64,000 bases of DNA. It comes from an uncultured bacterium. GTDB taxonomy: Bacteria > Desulfobacterota_D > UBA1144 > Nemesobacterales > UBA2774. The stretch lies in NCBI GenBank assembly GCA_963705505.1, contig CAVPJU010000010.1:224001-288000 (forward strand). The letters are read 5' to 3'. The stretch's first letter is position 1. The number at the start of each line of letters is the position of its first letter. The notes beneath the pieces were generated by a model. It had not been told where the DNA came from. It did no database searches and saw only the letters and a list, made by a program, of their open reading frames with translations. Below are positions 10,101 to 22,127 of this stretch, in pieces. The translations under genes and the position numbers were made by a program.

Positions 10101-11358
10101 CTTTTATACCTCCTTTTTCTTCTTGTTCCTTCAGTTTCGTATACAAATCCTCAAATGCCTCAAGACGCGCGTCAATTAAATGAGGCTGAGAAACGTCGTT
10201 TGCAATCGCCTCCTGGGTCTTGAGACCGTTGCCGGTGATAGAAACGACTATAGACTCGTTCCTGGGAATGACTCCCTGCTCTATGAGCTTCCTGGTCACG
10301 GCCATAGTCACCCCGCCGGCGGTTTCGGTGAATATCCCTTCCGTCTCCGCGAGGAGCTTGATACCGCTGATTATTTCCTCATCGGTCACGTCCTCTCCCC
10401 ATCCGCCGCTCTCTCTCATGACGCACATCGCGTAGAACCCGTCTGCGGGCGTGCCGATCGCGAGCGATTTGGCTATCGTGTGGGGTTTTACCGGTTTGAA
10501 TATCTCCCAGTCGTTCTTGAGCGCCGTAGTAATAGGCGAACAGCCCGTCGCCTGAGCGCCGTAGATCTTTGTACCGTTCTCTTCGACGAGGCCCATCATC
10601 TCGAACTCCTTTATCGCCTTCCATACCTTTGTGAGGAGCGAGCCGCTCGCCATCGGGACGACTACGTGCTTTGGCGCGCGCCAGCCGAGCTGCTCCATCA
10701 TTTCGAATGCATAGGACTTGGAGCCCTCGGCATAATAGGGTCTCATGTTGATGTTTACGAACGCCCACCCGAATTTACCGGCCACTTCGCTGCAGAGTCT
10801 GTTAACGTCGTCGTAAGTTCCCTTGATGCCTATGAGATTTGCGCCGTAAACCGTCGTGCCTATTATCTTTGCCTGCTCCAAATCATAGGGGATGAAAATG
10901 TAGCTCTCGAGGTTCCCGGATACCGTTAAGGAGGCTACGGCGTTCGCGAGATTCCCGGTCGATGCGCAGGCCGCCGTCTTGAACCCGAATTCCTTGGCTT
11001 TTGAGAGCGCAACCGACACCACCCTGTCCTTAAACGACAGGGTCGGGTAGCATACGGCGTCATTTTTCACGTAAATCTCCTTAACCCCGAGTGCCCGCCC
11101 CAGGTTTTCCGCTTTTATGAGGGGTGTAAATCCGACCTGGAGGCCCACGGTGGGCTCTTCATCTATGGGGAGGAGCTCTTTATATCTCCAGATGTTCCTG
11201 TCCCTTTTCTCAATTACTTCCCGGGACATCACTTTCTTGATCTCGTCGTATTTGTAAACGGCTTCAAGCGGCCCGAAGCATGTTTCGCAGACGTGGAGGG
11301 GCTCCTTCGGGTATTCTTCCCCGCATTCCTTGCACCTAAGTCCCTTAACAAAACTCAT
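10069..11358 (-). CDS. thrC: Threonine synthase-like PLP enzyme
   Basis: N-terminal CxxC...CxxC, PTLSFKDR (PLP lysine), [12 protein letters not shown] and ITGNGLK; start taken at MSFVKGLRC. Confidence 0.88.
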   Translation of the reverse strand: MSFVKGLRCKECGEEYPKEPLHVCETCFGPLEAVYKYDEIKKVMSREVIEKRDRNIWRYKELLPIDEEPTVGLQVGFTPLIKAENLGRALGVKEIYVKNDAVCYPTLSFKDRVVSVALSKAKEFGFKTAACASTGNLANAVASLTVSGNLESYIFIPYDLEQAKIIGTTVYGANLIGIKGTYDDVNRLCSEVAGKFGWAFVNINMRPYYAEGSKSYAFEMMEQLGWRAPKHVVVPMASGSLLTKVWKAIKEFEMMGLVEENGTKIYGAQATGCSPITTALKNDWEIFKPVKPHTIAKSLAIGTPADGFYAMCVMRESGGWGEDVTDEEIISGIKLLAETEGIFTETAGGVTMAVTRKLIEQGVIPRNESIVVSITGNGLKTQEAIANDVSQPHLIDARLEAFEDLYTKLKEQEEKGGIKDALCSHSNTA

Positions 11359-11392
11359 AAAATCCCCCGGAGATATATTGAATAAATCAAAG

Positions 11393-11421
11393 AGGTTAAC
11401 CTCTAATTCCCGGCTTGTCAA
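11393..11421 (-). promoter_or_regulatory. Putative sigma-70 promoter for thrC-moaD
   Basis: Minus strand TTGACA-N17-TAACCT. Confidence 0.55.
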
Positions 11422-11447
11422 AGCATCAAGACAATCTTACGTCAGTT

Positions 11448-11873
11448 TTACCAGGTGTCCCGTTTTTCTATTTGCTCGTTTTTGTTTTTATCCTGAAGGA
11501 CTATTTTTTCAAACTCGTCGGCCTCTATAACATTCCCGTTTTTCCTGTAGATTCCGCCCACTACCATATAGTCGTCATCGGCGATTTCCCACGACCCGGG
11601 CATCTCTACGTTGACGAAGTTCCCGTTTAAATCGGAGAGCTTAAAATTTGTTATTACCTCTTTCGAGCCGGCATTTTCCTCAACTACTCCGGCGACTATC
11701 CCCTCCACGGCCACAGTCGCCCCGTCAAAGGCGATGGGCGAGAACAGTATCTTGGAAATAGACGCCCTGAACCCCTGCACGCTCGAACCCGGTATATATT
11801 CGGGCTTTTTATTGCACGCGACAAGGGCCGAAAACAATACAGCCGCAATCAAAAAAACTCTCTCAGGTTTCAA
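11448..11873 (-). CDS. Hypothetical lipoprotein (possible OB-fold)
   Basis: Signal peptide with lipobox LVAC; V-x-V-x-G-x-V and V-x-G-x-Y beta patterns. Confidence 0.65.
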   Translation of the reverse strand: MKPERVFLIAAVLFSALVACNKKPEYIPGSSVQGFRASISKILFSPIAFDGATVAVEGIVAGVVEENAGSKEVITNFKLSDLNGNFVNVEMPGSWEIADDDYMVVGGIYRKNGNVIEADEFEKIVLQDKNKNEQIEKRDTW

Positions 11874-12047
11874 AATCTGCCCCCTTTACTCGTTCGGGCA
11901 CATTTATAATATTAAAATTTATTAACGCGCCGAATCTATATTTTACCTTACAAGGTAAATTAATATTAATTTTTCTGGCATAATAACAGCTTCATCCCGC
12001 GCGGCAAGGCACGCAAATACGCGCAAATAACGGGGGGAGAACTATAA

Positions 12048-12854
12048 ATGGATACATTCTCGGGAGCCGGATACGGAATTGCCAGGATAAAAACGCCTGA
12101 GAGCGACAGCAACTACAGCTATATAATCTGGTGCACGGAGACATCGGAATGCGCCGTTATAGACCCCTTAGACCCGGTGCCCATACTTAATTTCATAAGG
12201 GATAACGGACTCCACGTCGAATACATAATTAACACGCACTGCCATCCCGACCATGTCATGGGGAACGACCCCATCCTCAAGGTCACACTTTCGAAGATAC
12301 TCGTCCACCCGCTGGGCGCGGGCATGGTCTCGCCCAGGAGCGCGACAGTAAACGACGGGGACACGATCGATGTCGGAAAATTAAATATCAATGTTGTGCA
12401 TACTCCCGGCCACTGCCCTGAACATATATTGCTGCTCATGGGAGAAAACGTCTTTACGGGGGATACGCTCTTTTTGTCCGGCTGCGGGAACTTGAAGCAC
12501 GGGGGCAATGCCGAGGATCTATTCAGAAGCATAGACACGAAGCTGAGGCCTCTGCCCGATAACTTCCGCATATTCGCCGGGCACGACTATGCGGATGCGA
12601 ACCTGAGGTTCGCCCTCGATCTCGAGCCCGGAAACAGGGAAGCCAAAAAGAAGCTCGACGAGATAAAAAAGCTGCGAACGAAAGGGAAAGAGCCCGCGCC
12701 CACAACTATCGGCGAAGAAAAGAAATATAACCCATTTCTCCGCTTCGATTCGCCGGAAGTTATCGAAACGCTAAGGAAAAGAAATAAGCGGCTCGACGCC
12801 TCTCCCGCCTCCATATTCAAGGAGATGAGGAAGCTGAGAGACGATTGGAAGTGA
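12048..12854 (+). CDS. gloB: Hydroxyacylglutathione hydrolase family metallo-beta-lactamase fold protein
   Basis: THCHPDH, HTPGHC, FTGDTLF, GHDY and TTIGEEKKYNPFLR. Confidence 0.88.
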   Translation: MDTFSGAGYGIARIKTPESDSNYSYIIWCTETSECAVIDPLDPVPILNFIRDNGLHVEYIINTHCHPDHVMGNDPILKVTLSKILVHPLGAGMVSPRSATVNDGDTIDVGKLNINVVHTPGHCPEHILLLMGENVFTGDTLFLSGCGNLKHGGNAEDLFRSIDTKLRPLPDNFRIFAGHDYADANLRFALDLEPGNREAKKKLDEIKKLRTKGKEPAPTTIGEEKKYNPFLRFDSPEVIETLRKRNKRLDASPASIFKEMRKLRDDWK

Positions 12855-12910
12855 AGCAGCCGCCTTCACCGAACTACCCCTCAAAAATCGTTTTGGTATA
12901 ATAAAGCCTT

Positions 12911-15900
12911 ATGAATAAAAAGGATTCAGTGCAGTATTCACTTCTGAGAAAGCTTCTCGCCGAGCGGATACTCTTCATCGACGGCGCTATGGGCACCATG
13001 ATACAGCGCTACAAGCCCGAAGAAAAAGAGTTCCGCGGGGAGATTTTTAAAGACCACCCGCTCGACCTCAAGGGCAATAACGACCTCCTCTGCCTCACGA
13101 GACCGGACATAGTATCCGAAATACACCGCAAGTACCTGGAGGCGGGCGCGGATATAATCGAGACCAACACGTTTAACGCGAACCGTATCTCCCAGTCGGA
13201 TTATAAGCTTGAAGGGATCGTTTACGAATTAAACAAGGCCGCAGCGGGGCTCGCCAGGAAAACCGCGGACCAATTCATGTCCGAACACCCGGGGCGTAAG
13301 TGCTTCGTCGCGGGCGCGCTCGGCCCCACGACAAAATCGGCATCTATCTCGCCCGACGTCAGTAACCCTGCTGTAAGGGGCGTGACGTTCGATGAGCTCG
13401 TCGAGGCGTATTACGAACAACTGAGAGGACTCGTGGACGGCGGCATCGATATCATACTCGCCGAGACGACGTTCGACACGCTCAACCTCAAGGCCGCAAT
13501 TTACGGGATATACAGGTTCCTCGACGAGCACCCCGTACGGCTCCCGCTAATGCTCTCTGTGACCGTCACGGACGCCTCGGGAAGGACGCTCTCGGGTCAG
13601 ACTCTCGAGGCCTTCTGGAACTCCGTAAGGCATGCGAGGCCGATGAGCGTGGGTATAAACTGCGCCCTCGGCGCGGAGCAGATGCGTCCCTACATAGAAG
13701 AGCTCTCGAGGATAGCCGACTGCTTCATAAGCTGCTACCCGAACGCCGGCCTTCCGAACCCGCTTAGCGAGACAGGGTATGACCAGACTCCGGCCGATAC
13801 TTCTTCATACCTCGAGGATTTCGCACGGAGCGGGTTCCTCAACATAGTAGGGGGGTGCTGCGGCACTACTCCCGAGCACATTAAAGCCATAGCGGAAAAG
13901 GTGGGCAAGTACCCGCCCCGCAAGATTCCCGGACATTAAGCCCGCAACGCGCCTGAGCGGTCTCGAGGCTCTTAACATAGGCGAGAACGCGCCTTTCATA
14001 ATGGTCGGGGAGCGGACAAACGTAACGGGCTCGCCCCGCTTCGCGAAGCTCATCAAAGAGGACGATTTCGAAGGGGCTTTAAGTATCGCGAAGCAGCAGG
14101 TAGAGAACGGCGCGAATATAGTAGACGTCAACTTCGACGAGGCTCTCCTCGACGGCGAAGCCTGCATGACGAGATTTCTCAACCTCATTGCGTCCGAGCC
14201 CGACATAGCACGCGTCCCGGTCATGATAGACAGCTCAAAGTTCACCGTGATCGAGGCGGGCTTAAAGTGTGTTCAGGGCAAGGGCATAGTCAATTCCATA
14301 AGCCTGAAAGAAGGGGAAGCAAAATTCATAGAGCAGGCCCGGAAGATAATGCGCTACGGGGCGGCTGCCGTCGTGATGGCCTTTGACGAGGAAGGACAGG
14401 CCGCGACTAAAGACGAAAAGGTCAGGATATGCAGGCGCGTGTACAAGCTCCTTACGGAGAGAGTCGGCATGGACCCGAACGATATTATTTTCGACCCGAA
14501 CGTCCTCACTGTGGCAACGGGCATCGAGGAGCACAACAACTACGCGCTCGATTTTATAGAGGCGGTAAAGGAAATCAAGGCTTCATGCCCCGGCGCGAAA
14601 ACGAGCGGCGGTATAAGCAATATTTCGTTCTCATTCCGCGGAAACAACGTAGTAAGAGAGGCGATGCACAGCGCTTTCCTCTACCACGCGATAAATGCGG
14701 GGCTCGACATGGCTATAGTGAACGCCGGTATGCTCGAGGTCTATGAGGAAATAGACAAGGAGCTCCTCGAAAAGGTGGAGGACGTGCTCCTCAACAGAAG
14801 GCCCGACGCAACGGAAATACTCGTAGATTACGCGGAAAAGATAAAAGACACGGGCAAGACGAGAGAAAAGGAGACCGAGACCTGGAGGGAGGGGAGCGTA
14901 GAGGAAAGGCTCTCACATGCCCTCGTTAAGGGTATAGACGCATATATAGAGAAGGACACCGAAGAGGCGCACATTAAATACGAAAGGCCTCTCGACGTCA
15001 TAGAAGGGCCGCTCATGGACGGTATGAAGGTAGTAGGCGAGCTTTTCGGCGAGGGGAAGATGTTCCTCCCTCAGGTCGTAAAGAGCGCAAGAGTCATGAA
15101 AAAGGCCGTCGCTTATCTCGAGCCCTTCATGGAGGCGGAGAAGAAAAAGGCCGGCGGCGGCAACGCCAGGGGGAAATTCGTCATTGCGACCGTCAAGGGA
15201 GACGTCCACGACATAGGTAAAAACATCGTCTCCGTCGTGCTTGGCTGCAACAATTACGAGGTAATTGATTTAGGCGTGATGGTCCCATGCGAAAATATAT
15301 TGAAGAAGGCTAGGGAAGTTGACGCGAATATCATAGGCATGAGCGGTCTGATCACGCCGTCTCTTGACGAGATGGTACATAACGCTTCCGAGATGGAGAG
15401 GCAGGGGTTCAGCACGCCGCTCCTCATCGGGGGAGCCACGACGAGCAAGGCCCACACGGCGATAAAAATAGCCCCTCACTATAGCGGCGTAGTAAGCCAC
15501 GTCCAGGACGCTTCCCTTGTTGTAGGAGTCTGCAACGACCTGCTCAACCCGGAGAAGTACCGGGATTTCGTCAGGGAGCAGGAAAAAAAGCACGACGAGC
15601 TGAGAAAGCTCCACGAGAAATCGAAGATGAAGACCGGATACCTACCGATAGACCGGGCAAGGGCGAAAGGGTTTACCGACGATTGGAAAAAGACCAGGAT
15701 CGACGCGCCTGAAAAGCTCGGGGTTCAGGTATTCGACCACATACACCTCGAATACGTTATCCCCTACATAGACTGGTCCCCGCTCTTTTGGGTATGGGAG
15801 CTCAAGGGGCAATACCCCAAGATACTGGAGCACAAGAAATGGGGCAAGCAGGCGAAGAACCTATTCGACGACGCTCAAAAGATCCTGAAACGAATAATCT

Positions 15901-16610
15901 CCGAAAAAAGGTTCAGGCCTAAAGCGGTTCTCGGGTTCTGGCCCGCCGGAAGGGTAGGAGACGACGTCGAAATTTATTCGGACAAGAGCCGCAGAGAAGC
16001 GATTGCGACGTTCCACTTCCTCCGCCAGCAAACGGACAGGGGGGAGAACGAGAAATACCTCTGCCTGGCCGATTTCGTGGCGCCCGTGGAATCGGGGCGG
16101 GAGGACTATCTGGGCGGGTTCGTTGTCACGGCAGGCGAGGGCGTCGAGCAGTACGCCCATTACTTAAAAGAAAAGCACGACGATTACTCGGCAATCATGG
16201 TACAGGCTCTCGGGGACAGGATAGCCGAGGCGCTTGCCGAGATGATGCACAAAAAAGCGCGCGAGAACTGGGGCTACGGAAAGAACGAGAATCTCTCATA
16301 CGAGGATTTGATCAAGGAGAAATACAGGGGCATAAGACCCGCCCCCGGCTATCCCGCTTGCCCCGACCACACGGAGAAGGCTCTAATATGGCGACTCCTC
16401 GACGCCGAGAATAACATCGGGGCAAGGCTCACCGAGAACTACGCCATTTATCCCCCGAGCTCGGTCGCGGGGCTCTATTTCGCCCATCCAAAGTCAAAGT
16501 ATTTCCACCTCGGCGACATCGACAGGGACCAGGCGGAGGACTATGCGAGGCGTAAGGGCATGACACTCTCGGAAGTCGAGAAGTGGCTCCGGCCCAACCT
16601 CGGCTACTGA
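12911..16610 (+). CDS. metH: B12-dependent methionine synthase, one gene broken by a +1 frameshift near 13928-13930
   Basis: Hcy-binding domain (DGAMGT, GGCCGT) in 12911-13939. The linker [18 protein letters not shown] continues in the +1 frame into GERTNVTGS, then DVHDIGK (B12 His) and [10 protein letters not shown]. Confidence 0.95.
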
Positions 16611-16621
16611 TGCGGAAACCG

Positions 16622-17011
16622 TCAACCGTTCCTTGCCGCAAAGCGGGAAATTAAATCCCTCATTTCGAGTGAGAATTTTGACCTCGGAAGCACTATATCG
16701 TATCCGGCATCGATCGCCTCTTTTTTCAGTCCGGTCTCCACATGCGGAAGGTAGCCTATGAACCGGGCCCCTTTAAGATTATCGAGACCCTTAAGCTCTT
16801 TGATTAACTCTATCGGATCTACTTTTTTATGGGCGAGGTCGACGATAACGAGCGAGGGAGATGTAGAAGAAATCCTATCGATTATTCCCTCCATCCCCTT
16901 AATGAAATCTATACCTACCCCGGCTGCTTTAGCCGCTTCCCTGATCTTGGATGCGAAGAACATATCGTCAAGCACCGCGACCGCGTAGCCCGAATTTGTA
17001 TTATCAACCAC
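16622..17011 (-). CDS. Atypical single-domain receiver (CheY-like) protein
   Basis: DDMFFASKI...LVIVDL...IGYLPHV...AGYDIVLPRSKF; GGAG RBS before the GTG at 17011. Confidence 0.7.
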   Translation of the reverse strand: MVDNTNSGYAVAVLDDMFFASKIREAAKAAGVGIDFIKGMEGIIDRISSTSPSLVIVDLAHKKVDPIELIKELKGLDNLKGARFIGYLPHVETGLKKEAIDAGYDIVLPRSKFSLEMRDLISRFAARNG

Positions 17012-17075
17012 TCTATTACTCCCTTTAAAAATAGAGTGTATATTAAATTCCCGTTCACTCAAAACAGGGCCCATC

Positions 17076-17798
17076 ATGAAAAGAGTCAGGATCAGAACCA
17101 TATTCTTCGACGCGGCAGACACGCTTTTTTACATAAGGCGGGGGCTCGGACACACCTACGCCGAGGTCGCCGCAAAATACGGCGCGTCTCCCGACCCCGG
17201 TGAAATAAAAAAGGCGTTCTCACGGGCATTCAAATCGGCTCCCCCGCTCGCCTTCGGCAATGTCTCAAATGAGGAGAGAAAGAGAGCGGAGAAAGAATGG
17301 TGGCGGTCAGTAGTCGAGGAGGTTTATTCGGAGATCGGAATGTTCGACGAATTCGACGCCCATTTCGACGAGCTGTTCGAGGTATTCAGGGGAGGGGCCT
17401 GGACTCTCTTTCCCGAAACGACCGAAGTCCTCTCGTCTCTCAAGAATAAGGGCTACAGCCTCGGCATAATATCCAACTTCGATTCGAGGGTCTACGACGT
17501 GATGAAGGAGCTCGGTATTTACGATTTCTTCGACACGTTCGTTATATCGAGTGAGGCAGGTCACGCGAAACCCTCCCACGGCATATACTCGATCGCGCTT
17601 GAGCGCGCAGGCAGGGAGTCCCATGAGGTGATCCACATAGGGGATGACCTCTGCAACGACTTCCACGGCGCGAGGGCCCTCGGGATAAGGGCGCTGCTCC
17701 TGGACAGGGAAGGGGAATACGCGGCCGCGGGGGGAATGGACAGGATAGGCGACCTTACCGCAATCGAGAAGGTCCTCGACAAAAAGGGCCGGCTTTAG
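17076..17798 (+). CDS. HAD-IA family hydrolase
   Basis: FFDAADTL (motif I), ISNFD, KP and HIGDDLCND. Confidence 0.9.
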   Translation: MKRVRIRTIFFDAADTLFYIRRGLGHTYAEVAAKYGASPDPGEIKKAFSRAFKSAPPLAFGNVSNEERKRAEKEWWRSVVEEVYSEIGMFDEFDAHFDELFEVFRGGAWTLFPETTEVLSSLKNKGYSLGIISNFDSRVYDVMKELGIYDFFDTFVISSEAGHAKPSHGIYSIALERAGRESHEVIHIGDDLCNDFHGARALGIRALLLDREGEYAAAGGMDRIGDLTAIEKVLDKKGRL

Positions 17799-17828
17799 AG
17801 TATCAATTTATAATTCCGGAGGAGCATC

Positions 17829-18266
17829 ATGACTGGAGCAGCTTGGGCATTACTCGTCGCGGCGATATGGGGAATATCCCCTATATTCGAAAAACTGAGC
17901 CTGGAAAAGACCGCGCCTTTTACGGTTATGACCATAAGGTTTATGTTTACCACGGTGCTCGTAGTAATTATATCTCTCGTGACGGGGCAGTTCAGGGACA
18001 TAAAGAACGTGGACGGCGTTTCACTCCTCTGGATATGCCTCGGAGGGCTCGTCGGGGGCGTCCTGGGTCTTCTCCTCTATTTCGTAGTCTTGAAGCAGAA
18101 CGCCGCAAGCCACGTAGTGCCGATCGCGGCCTCATTCCCGCTCTTCACGACAGTCTATGCATACTTCTTCCTGAGAGAGCAGATCACTCCCGTACGCGTT
18201 GCCGGAATATTTCTGGTTGTGATAGGGGTTGTGCTTTTAAACTGGAAGAGCATAGTCCCCGACTAG
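17829..18266 (+). CDS. EamA/DMT family transporter (single repeat)
   Basis: About five hydrophobic segments; WGISPIFEK, ASHVVPI and LREQIT. Confidence 0.85.
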   Translation: MTGAAWALLVAAIWGISPIFEKLSLEKTAPFTVMTIRFMFTTVLVVIISLVTGQFRDIKNVDGVSLLWICLGGLVGGVLGLLLYFVVLKQNAASHVVPIAASFPLFTTVYAYFFLREQITPVRVAGIFLVVIGVVLLNWKSIVPD

Positions 18267-18466
18267 GAGCTGTGCTGATTTTCAGTTTTGTTCTTGTTTG
18301 AGGCAAAAACTACGAAAGCCATTGACGGCCTTCTTGAGGATTCCCTCATGGCGAAGTGTATGCCGTCGAGCACCCAGCCCTCGCCGACCCACCTGTTTAT
18401 AATCTTCTCGAGCTCCTCATCCGTGACGAGTGCGACTTCCACCACTTTGTAACTCGTATATTCCAT
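18263..18466 (-). CDS. Small DUF4177-like protein
   Basis: YKVVE...LEKIINRWVGEGWVLDGIHF pattern. Confidence 0.7.
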   Translation of the reverse strand: MEYTSYKVVEVALVTDEELEKIINRWVGEGWVLDGIHFAMRESSRRPSMAFVVFASNKNKTENQHSS

Positions 18467-18469
18467 AGC

Positions 18470-19453
18470 TTATTTCCGCGACCCGTTCAGAATCCCGGCC
18501 GCTTCCCTCGCGTGGTATGTGATTATCAGGTCGGCCCCGGCCCTCTTGATGCTCGTCAGTATCTCCATCATGACCTGCTCCTCGTCGATCCATCCAAGGC
18601 GTCCCGCCGCCTTGACCATCGAATACTCACCGCTCACGTTGTAAGCGGCTATCGGGTGATCAAACCCCTCCCTAGCGGCCCTTATAACGTCGAGATAGGA
18701 AAGGGCGGGCTTTATCATCACTATATCAGCCCCTTCCTCTATATCGAGGGCAATCTCCCTCATCGCCTCCCTCACGTTGCGGTGGTCCATCTGGTAGCTC
18801 TTCCTGTCCCCGAACTGGGGCGGGGACTCCGCGGCGTCCCTGAAAGGCCCGTAGAAAGAAGACGCGTACTTCGCTGAATAGGACATAATCGGCAGGTTCT
18901 CGAAGCCGTTATCATCGAGCACGTCCCTTATCACGCCCACGCGGCCGTCCATCATATCCGAAGGGGCCACGATATCCGCCCCTGCCTCCGCGTGCGAGAG
19001 GGCCATTTTGGCGAGGTACTCGACTGTCTCGTCGTTATCCACATCGCCGTGCTTGATAATGCCGCAGTGCCCGTGGCTCGTATATTCGCACATACAGACG
19101 TCAGTAATAACTACGAGGCCCTTCGCTTTCTTTTTCAATTCCCTGAGCGCCTTCTGAATTATCCCGTTAGGGTCATACCCCTGTGACCCGGTCTCGTCCT
19201 TCTTCTCCGGTATACCGAAAAGGAGTATTGAATTGATGCCCTGCTTCTCGGCCTCGAGGGCTTCCTTTACGATATTGTCTATCGACTGCTTGTAGATACC
19301 GGGCATCGAGCTCACTTCCTCTCTCACACCCTTTCCCGGCATTACGAACATCGGGTAGATGAGCTCTCCGGCCGAGATATCGGTCTCGGAAATCATCTCT
19401 CTCAGGCGCTCGTTCTTTCTCAATCTTCTCGGACGGTAAGCGGGGAAGTACAT
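18470..19453 (-). CDS. hemB: Porphobilinogen synthase (Zn-type)
   Basis: [38 protein letters not shown] and YNVSGEY. Confidence 0.98.
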   Translation of the reverse strand: MYFPAYRPRRLRKNERLREMISETDISAGELIYPMFVMPGKGVREEVSSMPGIYKQSIDNIVKEALEAEKQGINSILLFGIPEKKDETGSQGYDPNGIIQKALRELKKKAKGLVVITDVCMCEYTSHGHCGIIKHGDVDNDETVEYLAKMALSHAEAGADIVAPSDMMDGRVGVIRDVLDDNGFENLPIMSYSAKYASSFYGPFRDAAESPPQFGDRKSYQMDHRNVREAMREIALDIEEGADIVMIKPALSYLDVIRAAREGFDHPIAAYNVSGEYSMVKAAGRLGWIDEEQVMMEILTSIKRAGADLIITYHAREAAGILNGSRK

Positions 19454-19583
19454 ACGTGTTTATTTTAATTGCTCTTTCGCGCCTAAGTCAATAAACGACC
19501 TTTTATTTATTTACATTAACTTTTGATGTTTTCGGGCTTTTGTATATTATTAATTCCTGGCAAATTCCCCGCGGACAAAGACA

Positions 19584-21269
19584 ATGGACGAAAATAATGA
19601 CAAAAAGAGCCTCGACTTCATAAGGGCCATCATCGAAGAAGACATAGAGAGCGGAAAGTACGGAGGAAGGGTCGCAACGAGGTTCCCCCCGGAGCCCAAC
19701 GGCTACCTCCACATAGGACACGCAAAGTCCATATGCCTCAATTTCGGCGCAGCCGAGGAATACGGGGGCACATGCAACCTGAGATTCGACGATACGAACC
19801 CGACCAAGGAGGACACCGAGTTCGTCGAATCCATAATGAACGACGTCAGGTGGCTCGGCTTCGACTGGGAGGACAGGCTCTATTACGCCTCCGATTATTT
19901 CCGGCATTTATACGATTACGCAGTGCAGCTGATCAAGGACGGGAAGGCTTATGTCGACAGCCTTACGCCCGACCAGATAAGGGAGTACAGGGGCACGCTG
20001 AACGAGCCCGGAAGGGAAAGCCCATATAGAAACAGGCCCGTCGGGGAAAACCTCGACCTCTTCGAGCGTATGAAAAAGGGCGAATTCGAGGAGGGCGCCC
20101 ATGTGCTCAGGGCGAAGATAGACATGTCCTCTGGCAACATAAACATGCGGGACCCGGTCATGTACAGGATACTCCGGGAGCCCCATTACAGGACCGGTGA
20201 GGACTGGCGCATCTATCCCATGTACGATTACGCCCACTGCATCTCGGACTCCATCGAGAGAATAACGCATTCACTATGCACGCTCGAATTCGAGGACCAC
20301 AGGCCGCTCTACGACTGGTTTCTCGACGAGCTCGGCATATACCACCCGCAGCAGATAGAGTTCTCGCGTTTAAACCTCAACTACACGGTCATGAGCAAGA
20401 GGAGGCTCCTTGAGCTCGTCCAGAACGGGTACGTGTCCGGGTGGGACGACCCCAGGATGCCCACCATCTCGGGGCTCCGGAGAAGGGGGTACACCCCCGC
20501 TTCGATAAGGAACTTCTGCGCCAGGATAGGGGTGACTAAACAGGAGAGCGTAATGGACATGTCGCTCCTTGAGCACAGCGTGAGGGAAGACCTCAACAAA
20601 AAGGCGCTCCGCGTAATGGCCGTCCTCAACCCGCTCAAGGTAGTGATAACAAATTATCCCGCGGGTCTCACAGAGGAGATGGATGCCGTAAACAACCCCG
20701 AGGACTTGAGCATGGGGACGAGGAAGGTCCCTTTCTCGGGAGAGCTATACATCGAAAGGGACGATTTTATGGAAGACCCGCCTAAAAAGTTCTTCCGTCT
20801 CTCCCCCGGCGTGGAAGTGAGACTCAGGTACGCGTACTTCATTAAATGCTCGGGCGTATTAAAGAACGACCAAGGCGAAATTACAGAGCTTCACTGCACA
20901 TACGACCCGGAGACGAGGGGAGGGGACGCGCCCGACGGCAGGAAGGTCAAGGCCACGATACACTGGGTTTCGGCGAAACACGCTGTAAAAGCCGAGGTCA
21001 GGCTCTACGACAGGCTTTTCACCGACCCCGAGCCCGGAAGCGGAGGCGGGGATTACAAGGATTCTCTTAACCCCGGCTCCCTCGTCGCGCTCAAGGAATG
21101 CAGGCTGGAGCCCGGCCTTGGGGATGCAGAGCCCGGCGTCAACTATCAGTTCGAGAGGCTCGGGTATTTCACGCCGGACTTGAGGGATTCAAAAAAAGGT
21201 GCCCCGGTATTCAACAGGACTGTCACGCTGAAAGACACATGGGCGAAGGAAAAGGGTAAGCAGGAATAG
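19584..21269 (+). CDS. glnS: Glutamine--tRNA ligase
   Basis: [39 protein letters not shown] and QFERLGYF. Confidence 0.97.
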   Translation: MDENNDKKSLDFIRAIIEEDIESGKYGGRVATRFPPEPNGYLHIGHAKSICLNFGAAEEYGGTCNLRFDDTNPTKEDTEFVESIMNDVRWLGFDWEDRLYYASDYFRHLYDYAVQLIKDGKAYVDSLTPDQIREYRGTLNEPGRESPYRNRPVGENLDLFERMKKGEFEEGAHVLRAKIDMSSGNINMRDPVMYRILREPHYRTGEDWRIYPMYDYAHCISDSIERITHSLCTLEFEDHRPLYDWFLDELGIYHPQQIEFSRLNLNYTVMSKRRLLELVQNGYVSGWDDPRMPTISGLRRRGYTPASIRNFCARIGVTKQESVMDMSLLEHSVREDLNKKALRVMAVLNPLKVVITNYPAGLTEEMDAVNNPEDLSMGTRKVPFSGELYIERDDFMEDPPKKFFRLSPGVEVRLRYAYFIKCSGVLKNDQGEITELHCTYDPETRGGDAPDGRKVKATIHWVSAKHAVKAEVRLYDRLFTDPEPGSGGGDYKDSLNPGSLVALKECRLEPGLGDAEPGVNYQFERLGYFTPDLRDSKKGAPVFNRTVTLKDTWAKEKGKQE

Positions 21270-21301
21270 TCGTCCGAATTTACTTCAGCCGGGCAATCGC
21301 T

Positions 21302-22066
21302 TCACCCGGGATACTGATACCCGCTCTTTCCCAGTTCATTACCGTCGAGGTAAACGTTATCGTCTTTGTCTATCCCTAGCCTGCCTTTGGCTATGAGGTG
21401 GTGGACGGCGTATGGGAATACCTTCCACTCACCTTCCGAGCGTATCCGCTCGCTCACGGCTTCCGAGTCCGACTCCTTAAACCCGCCCAGTGATATAGGC
21501 TGCGACTGGACGAGCGCGGGGCCGAACCTCTCGTTCTCCCTCTCGAGATAAACTGTGCATTTGATCGTGCTCTCGCCCGCTCGTATAGCCTGAACGGAAG
21601 CATCCACACCCCTTATCAGATAGTCCTTCGTTATATCCCCCGGATAGAGGTTCACTACCCTGTTTTTATATCTCGCGAGAAACATGCCGCCCAATCTTCG
21701 TCTGTATCCCGCGAGCACTATGAGGTCGGGCTTGCAAATATCCTCTACAAGGGCGATCGTGGCAGCGTCGAAATAATCCCTTCCCACCTCATCGTCCGGG
21801 TTTTTGCCGAGCGTTGAGAAAAAGAGCTTCGAGCTCAGGCTCAGGACGGGGATGCCAAACTCCCGGGCTTTGATTGCGCCCTTGCATTCCGGGACATTCG
21901 TGAACACGGCATCTATCCTGCCGAATGACTTCTCTCCCTCTTTTTCGAGCCTCTTTTGCTCTTCGTACACAGATATGAAATTTGTGCCCGAGCCCGAGAG
22001 GAAGACCGCAACGCTCATCGGCGACCGCACGGGATTAAAAATCGGCTCTATCCGCTGGGTGTTCAT
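21302..22066 (-). CDS. Formyltransferase-fold (PurN-like) protein with atypical catalytic motif
   Basis: VFLSGSGTNF, PDLIVLAGY and AIRAGE; NLYPGD instead of NxHP. Confidence 0.75.
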   Translation of the reverse strand: MNTQRIEPIFNPVRSPMSVAVFLSGSGTNFISVYEEQKRLEKEGEKSFGRIDAVFTNVPECKGAIKAREFGIPVLSLSSKLFFSTLGKNPDDEVGRDYFDAATIALVEDICKPDLIVLAGYRRRLGGMFLARYKNRVVNLYPGDITKDYLIRGVDASVQAIRAGESTIKCTVYLERENERFGPALVQSQPISLGGFKESDSEAVSERIRSEGEWKVFPYAVHHLIAKGRLGIDKDDNVYLDGNELGKSGYQYPG

Positions 22067-22127
22067 AGGGGGTAAAATTTATTTGCAATATCCGTTAAGT
22101 CATGGAAAGTATATCTATTTAAATACC

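Noticed and set aside
12911..16610. Naturally split two-gene MetH or programmed frameshift
   Set aside because: The conserved inter-domain linker RLSGLE is intact in the +1 frame upstream of the second ORF's ATG, and deleting one C fuses the gene; no slippery site or stimulator is evident.
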